64,000 nt of DNA from positions 17,248,001 to 17,312,000 of the forward strand of contig CP068257.2 in the NCBI GenBank assembly GCA_009914755.4. The letters run 5' to 3'. Position 1 is the first letter of the stretch. Every line of letters begins with the position of its first letter. This document shows positions 1 to 13,407 of this stretch, one piece after another. The notes beneath the pieces are model-generated. The model made no database searches, was not told where the DNA came from, and saw only the letters and a list, made by a program, of their open reading frames with translations. Source of the DNA: the human T2T-CHM13v2.0 reference genome, Homo sapiens. The position numbers were made by a program, and so were the translations under genes.

Positions 1-1009
1 AATTTACAAATGGGAAGGATATAAAGAAAATCATAAAGCCATAAACTCATAAAGCCAAGGTGGAAGGAACAATTTTGAGTTTTATTCACCAGGAAAGAAA
101 ATGCAATATTGCGAATTGTAACTTACATCAATAGATCAACATAACAAACTTTTCAATCATGTAATTTATATTTTACCTTTGTCAGTCCCTTATTTGTTTA
201 TATAAAATTAGTTTTAATATGTAAGGCATTTTTCAATTTTCTCATAATTGCAACTTTCAGGCAAAGTTGTGTTTACATCAGCAGCTATGGAATTGCTATA
301 CGTTGAAGAGAACTAAGTGTTTTTCAGCAAGCTATTGGATTTGTGTACGGGAGCTCAGATTTTATTTTAAAAGATGATGTGGTCTTTTTTTCCAGTTTGT
401 AATAGAATTTCATTAAGCTACTTTTATTGTTGTTTCTTTTTGCTTCTATATAATTCCCTTCAGTCTCAATAAGCCTTACCTATGAGTGTGCTTGAGAGAG
501 CAGGTGGTGTTTCAAGAGAGACTGGGGCTGGGTTTGCTAATCATGAGAAAAGAGATGGATTTAGATATTTCATTTTTCTTCTCTGATGCAATCCATTTTA
601 ATAGAAAGACATGATTTTATAAAGCTGAGTTTGGGTTGTATTTATATAAACACACCTGTCACAATTAGCCACATACATAATTTCCCTGTTTTGTATTATT
701 CAGAAAAATACTACATGTAGTTAATTCTGCTTTAAATTTTTTTAAAAAGAAAAAAATACTATTATTATCCTGCTAAGAGATGAACTGAAAGTAGATGCAC
801 AGTGTATTTGACAGTCTCTGCTCTAGAAAAATCAGTTTTAATGCAAAAAAGCATGATCTCCCTCTGACATTTGGAAAAAAACTGGTTATTCAATCTGGTT
901 ACTAATAAAATGTGTGTTTCTTTCATTTGTATTAGGCTTATCAGTATAAATAAAATAAAAGCTACATGGTTAAATGTGATTTCAAATTGTGATAACTAAG
1001 ACTATATAT

Positions 1010-1135
1010 ACATATATTTGTGTTGGTATGTGAACATATGTATATGTTCACCATATATATGTGAACATACACATATATTCATACATATGTATATGTTCAC
1101 CATATAAGTATGTGAACATATACATATATTCACGT
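1010..1135. repeat. Complex AT-rich tandem repeat built from near-palindromic 'gtgaacatatgtatatgttcac' units alternating with 'gtgaacata(c/t)acatatattca' units, about two copies of a ~60-bp unit
   Basis: Direct reading: 'tgtgaacatatgtatatgttcacc' occurs twice and 'gtgaacatacacatatattca' / 'gtgaacatatacatatattca' occur twice; the 22-mer is its own reverse complement apart from a 2-nt centre. Confidence 0.7.
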
Positions 1136-1992
1136 ATTCCTCTCAAACTTACCTGGAACATTCACAAAGACAGACCAGATAATGAGTCACAAAATACACC
1201 TTAACAAATTTAATAGAAGAGAAATTACATAAAGTTTGCCTTCAGGCAACAATAGAATTTGAAAATAAATTAATTATGGAAAGAGACCTAGATAATTCCA
1301 AAACATTTGAAGATTAAACGTCCACTTGGAAATAACACATAGATCAAAGAAGAGGTCTCAAAATAAATTTCAAAAACTTTGAACTAAATACAAATAAGAA
1401 TACAATTTATCAAAATGTATAAGATTCAGTGAAAACAGTGCAGACACAGAAACTGATAGCCTTGAATGTGTATATTAGAAAGGAAGAAAGTTATAAAATT
1501 AATAATCCAAGCTTCCACCTCAGAAAATGAGAAGAAAAAAAAAGCAATGAAAGCCTAAAGAAAACAAAAAAATGAAATATTTAGAATTAGAGGAGAAAAT
1601 ATTAAAATTATAAACAGAAAATCAATAGAAAAAAATCCTTAAAAACTGGCTCTTGGAAAAGATCAATAAAATTGATAACCATCTTGCCATGTTAACCAAG
1701 AACAAAAGAGAAAAGAGAAAAATTGCTAATATATCAAATAAAAAAGGTTTGTTACCAATGGACGCAGACTGCCAAAACTCACACAAATAGAAAAATAAAA
1801 TCTAAATTGGCCTCTATATCCTATAGAATTTGAACCAATAATTAATAACATTCCAAATAGAAAATAATAGGTTCAGACTGTTTCGCTGGTAAATTCTACC
1901 AAATACTAAGGAAGAATTGATAACAATTCTCTACCACGTTTTTCAGAAAATACAATCCGAGGGAACACATCTTAACTCTTTGTCAGTTAGCT

Positions 1993-2340
1993 TGAGCTGT
2001 TACAACAAAATACCTGAGATTGGGCAACTCAAACAACAGACATTTATTTCCTACAGTTGTGAAGGCTGGGTAGTCTGAGATTAGGGTGCCAGCACGGTCA
2101 GGTTCGGGTGAAGACCTGATTATTGCCGAGAAGATGGCTGCCTTCTTACTTTATCCTCACAAAATAAAGAGTGGTAGCTTTGGTGTCTCTTTCCCTTCTT
2201 ATAATGGCACTAATTAACCTCATCTAAACCTAATTACCTCCCAAAGCGCCACCTCATAATTTCATCACAATGCAAGTTAAGGCTTCAATATATGAATTTT
2301 GAGGGAAACAAACATTCAGCGTAACACTCTTTCTACAAAG
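1993..2340 (+). mobile_element. Ancient mammalian interspersed repeat (~350 bp) inserted cleanly into the L1 ORF2 above; same family as 32455-32810. Recognisable consensus 'gctg(c/t)(c/t)a(t/c)aacaaaatacc...ggc(tt)aaacaacagaaatttatt..ctggaggctgg.agtc.gagatcaaggtg...cctcatctaaacctaattacctc...cttcaa(t/c)atatgaattttg(a/g)ggg(a/g)aca..attcag'. Possibly a 5'-truncated 3' end of an old L1 subfamily (L1MC/MD/ME-type); the family name is uncertain
   Basis: The L1 ORF2 reading frame ('..NSFYEAS|ITLIPKP..') is contiguous on either side of this block; the same ~350-bp sequence family recurs at 32455-32810. Confidence 0.5.
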
Positions 2341-3523
2341 CCACCGTCACCCTACTACCAAACCAGGTAATGTCATTGTAATAAAGGAAAACTACAGACC
2401 AGTATTTTTCATAAGCGTACATATGAAAATCGTCAACAAAACATTAGCAGACCAAATTCAGCAGTATATAGAAAAGAACTATACACCAAGACCTAGTGGG
2501 ATTTGTTTCATGTATCTGGTTCAACATTTAAAAATCCATTAATGTAATCCATTATATCCAGCAGGATACAGAATAAAAATTATATGATCATATATAGATG
2601 TAGAAAAAGCATTTGACTAAATTTAACATTCATGGTAAAAACTGCAAATTCAAAATAGAGGAAAACTTTATCAACATGGTAAAGAACATCTACAAAAAAA
2701 ATATACAACTAAACAAAAAATAAGAAAGAAGAAACAAAATGCTTTCCCCCCAAGAAAGAGAACAAAAGAAGGATGTCCCCCTCACATCTCCTCTTCAACA
2801 AAGTGCTGGAAGTTGTAGCTAATGAACCAAGGCAATAATAAAGTTAAAAAAATAGAAGTATACAGAATAGAAGGGAAAAAATAAATCTTTGTTGATGGAA
2901 GACAGGATTGTTGATGTAGAAAATCTCAAAAAAAATCAAAAAATTTTCTTGGAAGAAAAAAGCTTTTTTCATAACTTCTGAAAGCAGAAGCAACCAAGAT
3001 GTCCTTCAATAGGTGAATGGACAAACAAAATTTCATATCTGTACAATGGAGTACAGTATTATTCATCAATAATAAGCAATGAACTATGAAGCCATTGAAA
3101 GACATGGAGGAATCTTACTGAGCGAAATAAACCAGTCTGAAAAGTTACTGTATTATTCCAACTACATGCCATTCTGGAAAAGGCGAAAAATAGAGTTGGT
3201 AGAAAGATTAATCCATTCTAGGGGATTGAGGGGGAAGAGAGGAGGGAATTGATAGGCGATTGACAGGGGATTTTTAGATTGACAGAATATTCTGTAAGAT
3301 ACTGAAATGGTGAATACATGACAATACACATTGATCAAAACCCATAGAATGTACAACATAAAGAGGCAATCTTATATAAACTATGGACTTTAGTTAATAT
3401 TGTATCAATGTTACTTCATTCATTATAGCAAATGTAATGCAAGATGTCAGAGATAAGGCAAGACAAATTCAGGGAAGGGACATGTATGGGAACTCTCTGT
3501 AATTTCCATTCACCTGTTTACTC

Positions 3524-3546
3524 GTTTTTTTTTTTTTTTTTTTTTT
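3524..3546. repeat. T23 homopolymer inside the L1 3' region, 63 bp upstream of the A20 tail at 3610-3629; the two tracts are mutually complementary
   Basis: Direct reading. Confidence 0.9.
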
Positions 3547-4149
3547 GGCAAATCTGAAACAGTTCCAAAAAATAAAGTCTAACAAATATTCTAGGTCAGT
3601 GTTTTGCTAAAAAAAAAAAAAAAAAAAAGAGAATAGTCTGAGCTCCATTTTCTTTCTTTTCTACATTTATTGATTGATTGCTTTAATAATTCTATGAAAA
3701 ATATTTTCTTACATTATTATAAGAAGGCCATTGGATATTTAAAGGAGAAGGGAGAAACACATCTGTGAGTTGATGGTAGATTTTCAAAAATATATATTGA
3801 TTAATTTATAATTTGTATTATAGAACCCTAAGGATAGAGACTGAAATGTTAAATAGTTCTACAAAGTTCATAAAGAAAAAGTGTTCTCCTGACCCATGAC
3901 TTCACACTTCTGATTTTTACTCCTCATTGACCACATATTTCGTCTTGTTCCAGCCTATTTAATTATCTGTATTAGATTTCTGTATTGAGATTTCTCAGTT
4001 GAAGATTTAGCTCTACTATACAATAACTTACCTTTCAATGATCACTCTTTCTTGCCCATCCTCCCAGTATAATTATTTCACTTTTTGGTTATATCAATAT
4101 TCAGAACTTCTCTTATGTGACAATGTCAATAATTTCTGAAATTAAAGTC

Positions 4150-5180
4150 TCTAGTGCAATATGAACTTTTTTTTTATTTTGTGTTGTAGTTAATAACTAC
4201 TTTCTTTTTTTAAATTTATTATTCTATGTTTTTATCACAAATTTGTCTCAGTGCTCCACCAGAAATCTGAATCACCTCTCAATTTGTGTTGTTATGTTTT
4301 TAAAAAACAGCACAAATTAACCATGTCGTTTTCTTTCTCGAGGAATACTTCCTATAACCTTCCATCCAGTCTAGATTGTTTGCTTTGTAGTCAGGACATG
4401 TAAGGGTCATCCTGAGATTTCTTTTTCATCTTTGCCATTATTCTAAAGACTTTCTCTGCCTTCTTTTTGGTTAGACACCTTGTTTCCTGGAGTCCATGTG
4501 TTCTTCTGGTTTATTTATGTATTTATTTTTCATTCTCATTTTGATTAAAGCCTACCCTCTTTTTCGGTAGCTTCTTTAGAACAGTTTTTTCTTTATACAG
4601 TTTAAATATCTGAATATGTTCTTGCAACTTTGTATTTATTTGAGTTTGGCTAGATTTAAATTGATGCTCTGGTAACTGTTTCATTCAGAATTTTTGAAGG
4701 CTGTGCTCCCTTGTGTCTACCTTTTGGTCTTGCTATTAAGTCTGATCCTATTGTCATTTTTAATTCTTTGTTTATAACCAATTTTTGGTTTGTTTGTTTT
4801 TGTTTGAAAGCTTTTATAGTCTTGGTCATCTCTTTATCTTGGATGTTAATAATGTTTGCAAAAATATACTTTTATATTTTATAGTTCTAAGCACTATATG
4901 GGTTCTTTAAAGTTGGCGACTAATGTGTTTCCTGCTAATTTATATTATCCCTTCTGTTTTCTCAATTCTTTGTACCTGTTTTAATCTGTTGTACCACTTT
5001 AATTTATTCATAATTACTAAGCCAAAAATATTTTCTAGCCAATTTTACACCTTTTTGCTATTTTATTCTATTTCCTGGGCTATTCCCTCTATTTTTATCT
5101 TCCAATCCTTTGTTATCATATTTTAAATTCCCAAGGCTCTTTTCTGGGTCTCTGAATGTTCCCTGCACTCACCTCATGAT
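4150..5180 (-). mobile_element. Probable old L1 (L1M) ORF2 fragment in antisense orientation
   Basis: Resemblance to L1 antisense ORF2 motifs (e.g. 'ccttttggtcttgct', 'agcttttatagtcttggtcatctctttatcttggatgttaataatgtttgc'); no intact ORF. Confidence 0.35.
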
Positions 5181-7402
5181 GCAATAACTTTACATTCTTC
5201 AAAGTTTATTTATCATGAAGCATGGTATTTGAGGTTTCATTTTGTTGGCTACTCGCAGAGGATAACACAGAGCGAGGAATTCTTTTTTTTCCTTTGAAGC
5301 ATATTGATAAATTTTCAAAGAAAATTAATTGTTTTCATAGATAGATAGGTGCCTATTTCCTTATTCTACCAGATACACAAGTGTTAATGGCACAAAATCA
5401 TTTCCACAGGTAGAACTGAGAATGTGGGGGTGGATGTCTGGTGAAAGTTCAAACAAATAGCATTGATATACTTTTCTTTCAAGTATTGTTGAAGCCAGAC
5501 ATTTAAGAGTCCAGCCTCACAGTTTCTCTCAATCTCTGGCCATACCTAAGTCCTCTAGGGATTTTAAACAATATTTTGAAAGTAAATTCCCTGAAAAGAC
5601 TAATATTACTACTAGTCCATGTGAAGGGGAGTGTCCCCAAAAACAATTGGAATTTGAAGTATTTATTTATTCATGCATTCACTCTCTTATCAATAATTGA
5701 TTATCTACTATGTGTGAGAAACAATGCTATGCATTTAGGATACAATTATTTAATTCAAATATCATTCATCTCTGTGTTTTTAAGGCTTTGTTTTCCTTGA
5801 TTGAATTTTTAACTGGCTGGCTCTTTCAATTGGGAATTGTAGAAAACATTTTTTTTTAAATAATAAGATCTTAAAACTCTTACGTTATTCAATACTGTAA
5901 TAATTCTTAGAAAGTAAACTGCGTTCAACCTGGAAAGATCACCTATATGGTAAATAAAGTTGTTGCTGGTGTTATTGTTTTAGACTTGAACAATTTCTGG
6001 AACTAGCAGAGAAAATTTTTAAGAAATCTGAAGTCAAGAACTGATTTACTGGTATTAGAGCCATAGAAAGGATAATACAGCCACTTTGCCCAAGGTATGC
6101 CTGCCTTACTTTTTTATTTATGAGTCACTAGCACTGCTAGAAAACAAACAGCTGCATCAGTATTTTCCTGGATATTAAAGTCACTTTTATTGATGCCTTT
6201 GAACTTGCTGTATCATCTCATAGGGACACTGCAAACAAAGCCCTAGTAAATATACAATTTATTACCAGGGAACCTAGTTAATGAAAATCTGTGCTGTGTA
6301 TAAGAAAAGCTACAATAGTCTGTTTGGAAAACATTCAAATTCTATTTCCAATTACATGTCATTGTGAGGTTTCCTGGGTTTTGCTCTTTATCTTTCTCTT
6401 TTAAAATCTCAATGTGTTGATTATTGATCTCTCTTCTACAAAGAGACAGCTATAAATGTGAACAAGCAGTATATATTTGGAATATTATGAATGTGTATCA
6501 AAATGCACCTCCAAGACGCATACAGTCTCCGTAAAACAAGGTTTACTTATTTTGTGAGTTAAGCGAACTAAATAAAATGTCATGTTTAGGTTACTAACTC
6601 AAAATTAGGAGTTATTTTGATCCTTAGTATATTATCAGAAAAATCTTAGTACACTGAGTGAAAAAAAATTTATGCCATTATTAAACACTCAAAAACTATT
6701 TTCTCATGCAATGTGAACATTTTAAACTCTTACTGGCTCTCATCAAAAATTGGAAGAAAATATCCCAGAGGATTTAATTCATTCATAAATGTTTTCCTGT
6801 TTTTTTTTCTATAATTTGGCCAATGTATATCTCTGAAAAAACATGCCCAATTAAGTCCAATATTCTATTTCAAAATATGACATAAATCTTTCTCTTTAAT
6901 GAAACAGGTAGTTTTCTATTGAGGTGGTCCAGATTGCAAGAAGACTAAAATGATATATTTTTTAAAAAGGAAGTGAACATAGTATTCTAATTTCATTTCA
7001 AGAGGAAAACAAAAATTATACATATGACTATAAAATAGTATTGAACTCCAGTATAAAAGTGAGGTATGAGTTACTATTTTCCTCTTTCTTAAAATAATAG
7101 CAAGAATAAAAATATAAGAACACAAATAAACAAAAAAGGACGACATTTCTAGTAAAACTAGGAGAAAGGTAAAATTTACACACTCCCAAATACATGTACA
7201 TCTTTTCAAAGTTGAGTTTGAACATGAGCTGTGTGAGAGGGCATGAAAAGGGCCAGGAGAATACCTCAAAAATCCCCAACAAAAATTCACGTGCTACAGA
7301 TGAGAGTCTTATTTGATGTAGAAACCGAATAACTTGTTCTTTACCCTGCTCCAGCTGGATTCAGAGAAATCTTGCCAACATGGCTGTGTAACGAATCATC
7401 CA

Positions 7403-7715
7403 GGCCAGACGTGGTGGCTCATGCCTATAAAGCACTTTGGGAGGCCGAGGCAGGTGGATCACTTGATGTCAGGAGTTCGAGACCAGTCTGACCAATGTGG
7501 TGAAACTCTGTCTCCACTAAAAAAAAAAAAAAAAAAAAAAAAAGCCAGGTGTGGAGGTGCGTGACTGTAGTCCCAGCTACTTAAGAGACTGAGGCAGGAG
7601 AATCGCTTGAACCTGGGAAGGGGAGTCTGCAGTGAGCCAAGATTTGGCCACTGCACTACGGCCTGGGTGACAGAGTGATACCTCTTCTCAAAACAAACAA
7701 ATAAACAAACAGAAA
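7403..7715 (+). mobile_element. Alu SINE (full-length dimer; the A-rich middle linker has expanded to A25 at 7519-7543) with an (aaac)n-type tail and a ~10-bp TSD 'gaatcatcca'
   Basis: 'ggccagacgtggtggctcatgcctataaagcactttgggaggccgaggcaggtggatcac...' through '...gcctgggtgacagagtga'; the flank 'gaatcatcca' is present immediately 5' (7393-7402) and 3' (7718-7727). Confidence 0.95.
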
Positions 7716-9175
7716 AGAATCATCCATATGGCCTCTGAGACTACATAAAAAGGGGAAGAAAGTCAGCTTCCCAGCTCACCCCAGGAAACCTGCAAGTTGT
7801 CACACCAGGAAACTGCAATTTATTATGATTAGTAATACAGAGAAACTAAAAACCATTGATAAAATGCTATTTTAAATATAGATGATAAACAAACAGAATC
7901 AGAACTTACTGAAAGATGATTAACACTGACAGAAAATATAGAAATATTGATATAGAAAAAAAATGATGATGAAATATTTTGCAATAGATTTTTTTAATGG
8001 AACTTTTACCCATTAAAATATTAGCAGGAGAGAGAGAGAGTAGGAAAGAGAGAAAGAGAGAACGAGAATAAGGAGATGACATATATGAGCTACCAGTTCT
8101 TAGAAAGGGGTGGAAGTAGAATGATCACACTTAATGACAAAATGAAATAGTGCAGGAAAAAAAAAAGATGAGGCAGGAAAAAAAAAACAGAAACAAAGAG
8201 AATAGATACTGAAAAATAAATTAAAATGGCAGCCTAGAGGTAAAAATAAATGCAGGTATGTAGAGTATACCTCAATGAAGTCCTTATGAAGGAAGAGAAG
8301 GAAGGAAGACCACAAAGAGACAGAGCCCGTTGATTTCAGTCCGGGCAGCCACTGCACCTGAAGCTACACTGCTGATCAACAACAACAACAAAAAACCCAG
8401 TAGAAATAATTGTATTTCGGCAAAGGCACTTGAGAGTGTTTTATGGTCGCAAAATAGAAGGTACATCAGCACCCAGAATGAAAGTCAACTGTGATTCCAC
8501 AGGAAAAAAAAGAAAAAAAATCTGAAATGCATCAGTTCTTGGGATAAATGGAAATGAAACAGTTGAAAGTGCCTGTTCTGGAGATGATTCATAAAGATCC
8601 AAGTGAAGATTCCAATATTCATCAAAGCACCAAGAAATCAGTGTGAAAAAGAACATCTCAACTGCAGGATCAGTACACGAACTATCATTATATAATGGTA
8701 TAGATATTTTAAAAATACGTGAAGATACAGTCTACATATAGGCAGAGAGAAAAGTAGTTTTAAAATGCAAAACTGAAGTTTTGTTGCTGTTTTAAAATTC
8801 TAAAAGTCCCTACCATATATATTTAGATTTTCTCCATTTACAATGTCTACTGGATTCTATTATTACTAAATTTAATAAATATATAAATCTTCAACATACA
8901 AGAATATAATTTTGAGGAATACTGTGAAATTTGGTTTCTCTAGAAATTACTATGCGTGTCCTAAAATTATTAAGTGGACTTAGAATGAATACTGCGTCGC
9001 TAAAACTACAATATAAAGCAATGATTTCAATCCATTTATCACCTACCTCATTTCCTATGCTTTAGATTTCAGAAGTATTACATCTATATACTATAAACAT
9101 CTCACAAAACATTAATAAGTTTTGTTTAAATAATGATACATATTTTTAAATGTATTAAGAGGAAAAATTGTGGGA

Positions 9176-9770
9176 TTTTTAAACTTTTATTTTAAGTTCA
9201 CCAGTATATATGTAGGTTTGTTACATAGGTGAACTTGTGTCATGGGGGTTTGTTGTACAAATTATTTCATTACTCAGGTATTCACCCTAGTACTCATTGG
9301 TTATTTTCCCTGATCCTCTCCCTCCTCTGTTCCTCCAAAAGGCCCCAGTGTGTGTTGTTCCCCTCTTTGTGTCCATGCGTTCTCACCATTTAGCTCTCTC
9401 TTATAGGTGAAAACATGTGGTATTTGGTTTTCTGTTCTTGTGTTAGTTTATGTAAGGATAATGGCCTATAGCTCCATCCATGTCCCCTCAAAGGACATGA
9501 TTTTGTTTTTCTTTTATTCGTGCATAGTATTCCATAGTGTATGTGCACCACATTTTCTTTATCCAGTCTATCACTGATGAGAAGTTAGGTTGATTCCATG
9601 TCTTTACTATTGTGAATATTGCCACAATGAACATACCTACATATGCATCTTTATAGTATAAAGATTTATATTCCTTTGGGTATATAACCAATAATGGCAT
9701 TGCTGGTCAAATGGTATTTCTGTCTTTAGGTCTTTGAGGAATTGCCACCTGTCTTCCACCTGGGATAATT
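9176..9770 (-). mobile_element. 5'-truncated primate L1 (L1PA/L1PB-like) 3' end: ORF2 C-terminal region plus 3'UTR, on the minus strand
   Basis: The + strand shows L1 antisense hallmarks ('ttttattttaagttc..gtaggtttgttacataggt..catggg', 'ggtatataaccaataatggcattgctggtcaaatggtatttct..ctttgaggaattgccacctgtcttccac'); the minus-strand ORF 9488-9700 translates to ..WNQPNFSSVIDWIKKMWCTYTMEYYARIKEKQNHVL, which is L1 ORF2p C-terminus. Confidence 0.9.
9488..9700 (-). pseudogene. L1 ORF2p C-terminal remnant (70 aa ORF) within the L1 fragment above
   Basis: The translated ORF contains 'WIKKMWCTYTMEYYARIKE', a conserved L1 ORF2 C-terminal motif. Confidence 0.85.
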
Positions 9771-12700
9771 ATGTTTTATATTTACCTAAAGATTTGTCAT
9801 TTCTGATGCTCTTCTTTTTTTCCTGAGGGTCAAAGTTTCTATATGGTATTCATTTCCCTTAATCTCAAATAATTGCCTTTAACTTTTTTTTTGAAATGTT
9901 ATTCTTTCAGCAACAATTTTATTCATTTTCTTTGACCAAAAATATCTTTATTTTTGCCTATATTATAGACTATTTTCTTTGGATATAGATTCCTAAGTTC
10001 AGAGTTATTTTCTTTCATCAATTTAGATATGCTGTTTCATGGTCTTTTGCCCTCTGTTTTTTGTGATAAACTGGATTTCATTCACGACCTTCAAATGTAT
10101 GCTTTCAATAATTTAATTATGCTGAGGCTGGAACTGCTTTCGCTTGCAAATATCCTGCTTGGGGGGGTCACTGGGTTTACTGACTTTCTAAAATATTTGC
10201 CTTTTATTAAATCTGGGAAACTTTTGGCTATTTTTTCAAACATGTATTTTTTCTTTTCAATTCTTTCTCTAATTCTGAAATCTCAAGTTTAAAAATATAT
10301 TAACCTATTTGATCCAGAGTTTGCTGACTCTATGTTTTTCTATTTTTTCTGTTTTTTAGATCAGATGATTTATATTGACTTATCGTTTAGTTTAGTGAAT
10401 CCTTCCTCTGTCTTCTCCATTCTGCTTTATTTCAGATGCTTCATTTTTTAAATCCTGTGTTTCCTTTTGCTTCCTTTTTAAGTATGTATTAATATTTCTC
10501 TCTGGTGAAGTATCTTATCTTTTCATTGAATGTGAGTGTGTTTTTCTTTATTGATAATATGATATTAGCTGCCTTAATATCTTTGCTTGCTAATATTAAT
10601 AACGGGATCATTTTTCTTTGTGGTTCTTGCTTGATTTTGTTTCCTCTAAAGACTGGATTACGTTTCACTGATTTTTTTATATTCAATGTTGATTAACTCT
10701 AAATTTTAGCTTGAATATAGAGAACTTGCATTATGCTATATTCCTTTGAAGAATTCCATTTCTTTGTTTTAGTGGGCACTTAGCTTGGTTGGACAAAAAC
10801 CAGCAAACTCAGTGTCTTGGAAACATGTCTCAATTCAATTATTTTATCTTCAACTGGGTTGAACTGAATCTGCCTCACACATGCTTGGGTCAGTATTAGC
10901 ATATCAGACAGGTTTTTGGAGACATTTTAAAAAGAGATTTAGAAACTTGTCAACTCACAGTATCTCCTTTCTGTGAATCCCCTTATTTCCAGCTGTTGTG
11001 GTTGCTTCAAACTGTCCTCTAGCTCTTAAATCTGGCAAGAATGCAGGTTTTCTATCAGTTTTAGCCTCTAGGTACAGGAAATGACTGTGGCTCTCAGGTG
11101 AATAGTTGTAGAAACATAAAAAAAACTTTTCTTGTTAGTTCCTGCTTCAAAGTATTGACTGCCCTCCAAATTTTACTTACATTTGCTCATGATCCAGGGT
11201 CTTCAGGTGTTAACTAAAAATTGTCTAGAGTTTCTGGCTATTGTCTGAAGGAGGAATAATCTTTAGTAGGAAATTACTGACCTCTACGGTAAGCAAAATG
11301 TCAAGACAAACAGGCATAAACATAGAAAAACTGAGAATATTTCATTGCCATGATTCTTTTTTAAGTAAGTACTATAAGGACAAGATATAGCTTGGATATG
11401 ACTGGGAAAACTATGACAAAATGATTCTTATCAATACTGACAATATTTAGCTGCAAAGCTTGTTTAACTGTACATAAAATTGAATAAAATGTTGTGTGCC
11501 TTAACTTTAGTAACTTTACTTACAGTTTGATGAGGTAAGAGAAGAAATGGAGGAGGATATAGATTTAAGTTTGCTGAATGTCCAATCCCTGAGAACAGAA
11601 TTAAATGGAGTAATAAAAATACAGGTATATTTCACATTGTAAAGGTAAACATGCAAGGCCTAATATTAGTAACTAAAATTGTCAGCAGAAGAGTAGAAGG
11701 GGGGTTATAGATGAGAAAACATGTTACTGTTTTATTGCTTATAGTGATTGATACATGTAATATAAATAAATGTCAAACTGAGGAAATACACTTGTAGTGT
11801 CAAATAACTAAATAATTAATTATGTATCTATATCTATTTATTTATCAATGTCTATCTATGTATTGTAAGAGTTTTGTGTGGTATATTCATATGTATTATA
11901 ATACACAAAAAAGTAGAAGTAGTATGGAAAATATTTTCTCATTACAGTGCATGTAATTAGAAATTTATAACAAAATACAAATTTAAAACACCTTTGTCAA
12001 CAGAAATTTCAAAATGTTTTCTAAGCAATTCTGTGGTCTGAAAGGCAATATTAATTGAGATTTCAGACTTTTAGAACATATCAAAAATAAACACAGTACA
12101 TAGAGGATACAGCTTAAATTAACAAAATTTAATACTTCTATTGATAATCAAATAACAATGAAAACAAATAACAGCCTATTGAAAAAGTTAGAAAAATAAC
12201 ATCAAGATAATAAAAAAATAAGCAGAAGAGAAAACAATCAAACACACAAATCAAAGTGCTAAAAAAAGTACCCAAAAAAACAGGTTTGAAACAAACAAAC
12301 AAAACTGGGGAAGATTTGCAATTTGAACCAGAAAGATCTGCTATCTATTAAACACAGAAATCATACAGAAATTGATTAGTAAAACATTACCCAATAAATA
12401 TGGGTAAAGGTGATAAATGTACAGATCACAGAAAGGGGCACATAAATGGGGTTTAAGCCTATAAAAATATTTAGTTTACTCATAAGATAAAGAAAAATTA
12501 AGGTTCCATTAAGATACTATTTTTGTCTATCATACTAGCTCTAGTTATCAATGGAGAACATTGGAATTTAGGGAGGTATTTTTATCGGGCTTCAGATATT
12601 TAGAAGATAGGGAACATTGATGTACAGTCCCTGTAGTAAATGGCATGGATTCACAAAAAGAAAAAAAATAAGCTGGTGTCCCACAGAATTTCCAAATATC

Positions 12701-13114
12701 TTGCCAGGCATTCATGTATTAAAACGAGTTTATGATTTTATGAGCCTAGAACCTCTATTAGGTTTTATATATTTCCACAAAATGCACGGAGAATGGAATT
12801 CAAATTATATTCAGCATCTTAGTAACATAACTTTACCTTACGAATAAATAGAAGTGTTGAATTTTTTCTGCAACATTATCAAGAGCTGTCCACAATTTGC
12901 AATGTAACATCAACCATACAAACGCCACAGGAGGTATCTGAGTAACCAAAACGACTTGTCTTTGCAGGACATAAATTCTACTTTGTATACACAGCAGATG
13001 ACATAATTATAATTTCTTATATAGGCACATCTCTGTACTTACATATCAAAACACAAAGATTGTTAAAAGTTTATTTTATTTTCCTTTTTTACTCGAGTTA
13101 TAACATCGTATTAA

Positions 13115-13407
<293 letters not shown>

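Larger units (their letters stand above)
1140..3629 (+). mobile_element. Ancient LINE-1 (L1M-type) fragment in sense orientation: 5'-truncated ORF2 (endonuclease/RT region), an internal deletion of about 1.3 kb, the C-terminal ORF2 region, the 3'UTR and an A20 tail; it is interrupted by a nested repeat at 1993-2340
   Basis: The + strand translation reads like L1 ORF2p (e.g. ...GSDCFAGKFYQILRKN..FRKYNPREH.. ~ '[41 protein letters not shown]', then ..IKENYRPVFLISVHMKIVNKTLA.QIQQYIEK ~ '[31 protein letters not shown]', and later ..QWSTVLFINNKQ.. ~ 'YTMEYYSAIKKNE'); A20 at 3610-3629. Confidence 0.75.

Noticed and set aside
6916-7290. 124-aa and 84-aa overlapping minus-strand ORFs
   Set aside because: AT-rich low-complexity translation with no homology recognisable; adjacent to an Alu. 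Treated as chance ORFs.
7700-9170. A-rich, purine-rich unique-looking stretch between an Alu and an L1 that vaguely resembles L1 ORF1/ORF2 sense sequence
   Set aside because: No motif strong enough (no conserved ORF1/ORF2 peptide on translation) to call it L1; may be an old diverged repeat, but I cannot support that from the sequence alone.
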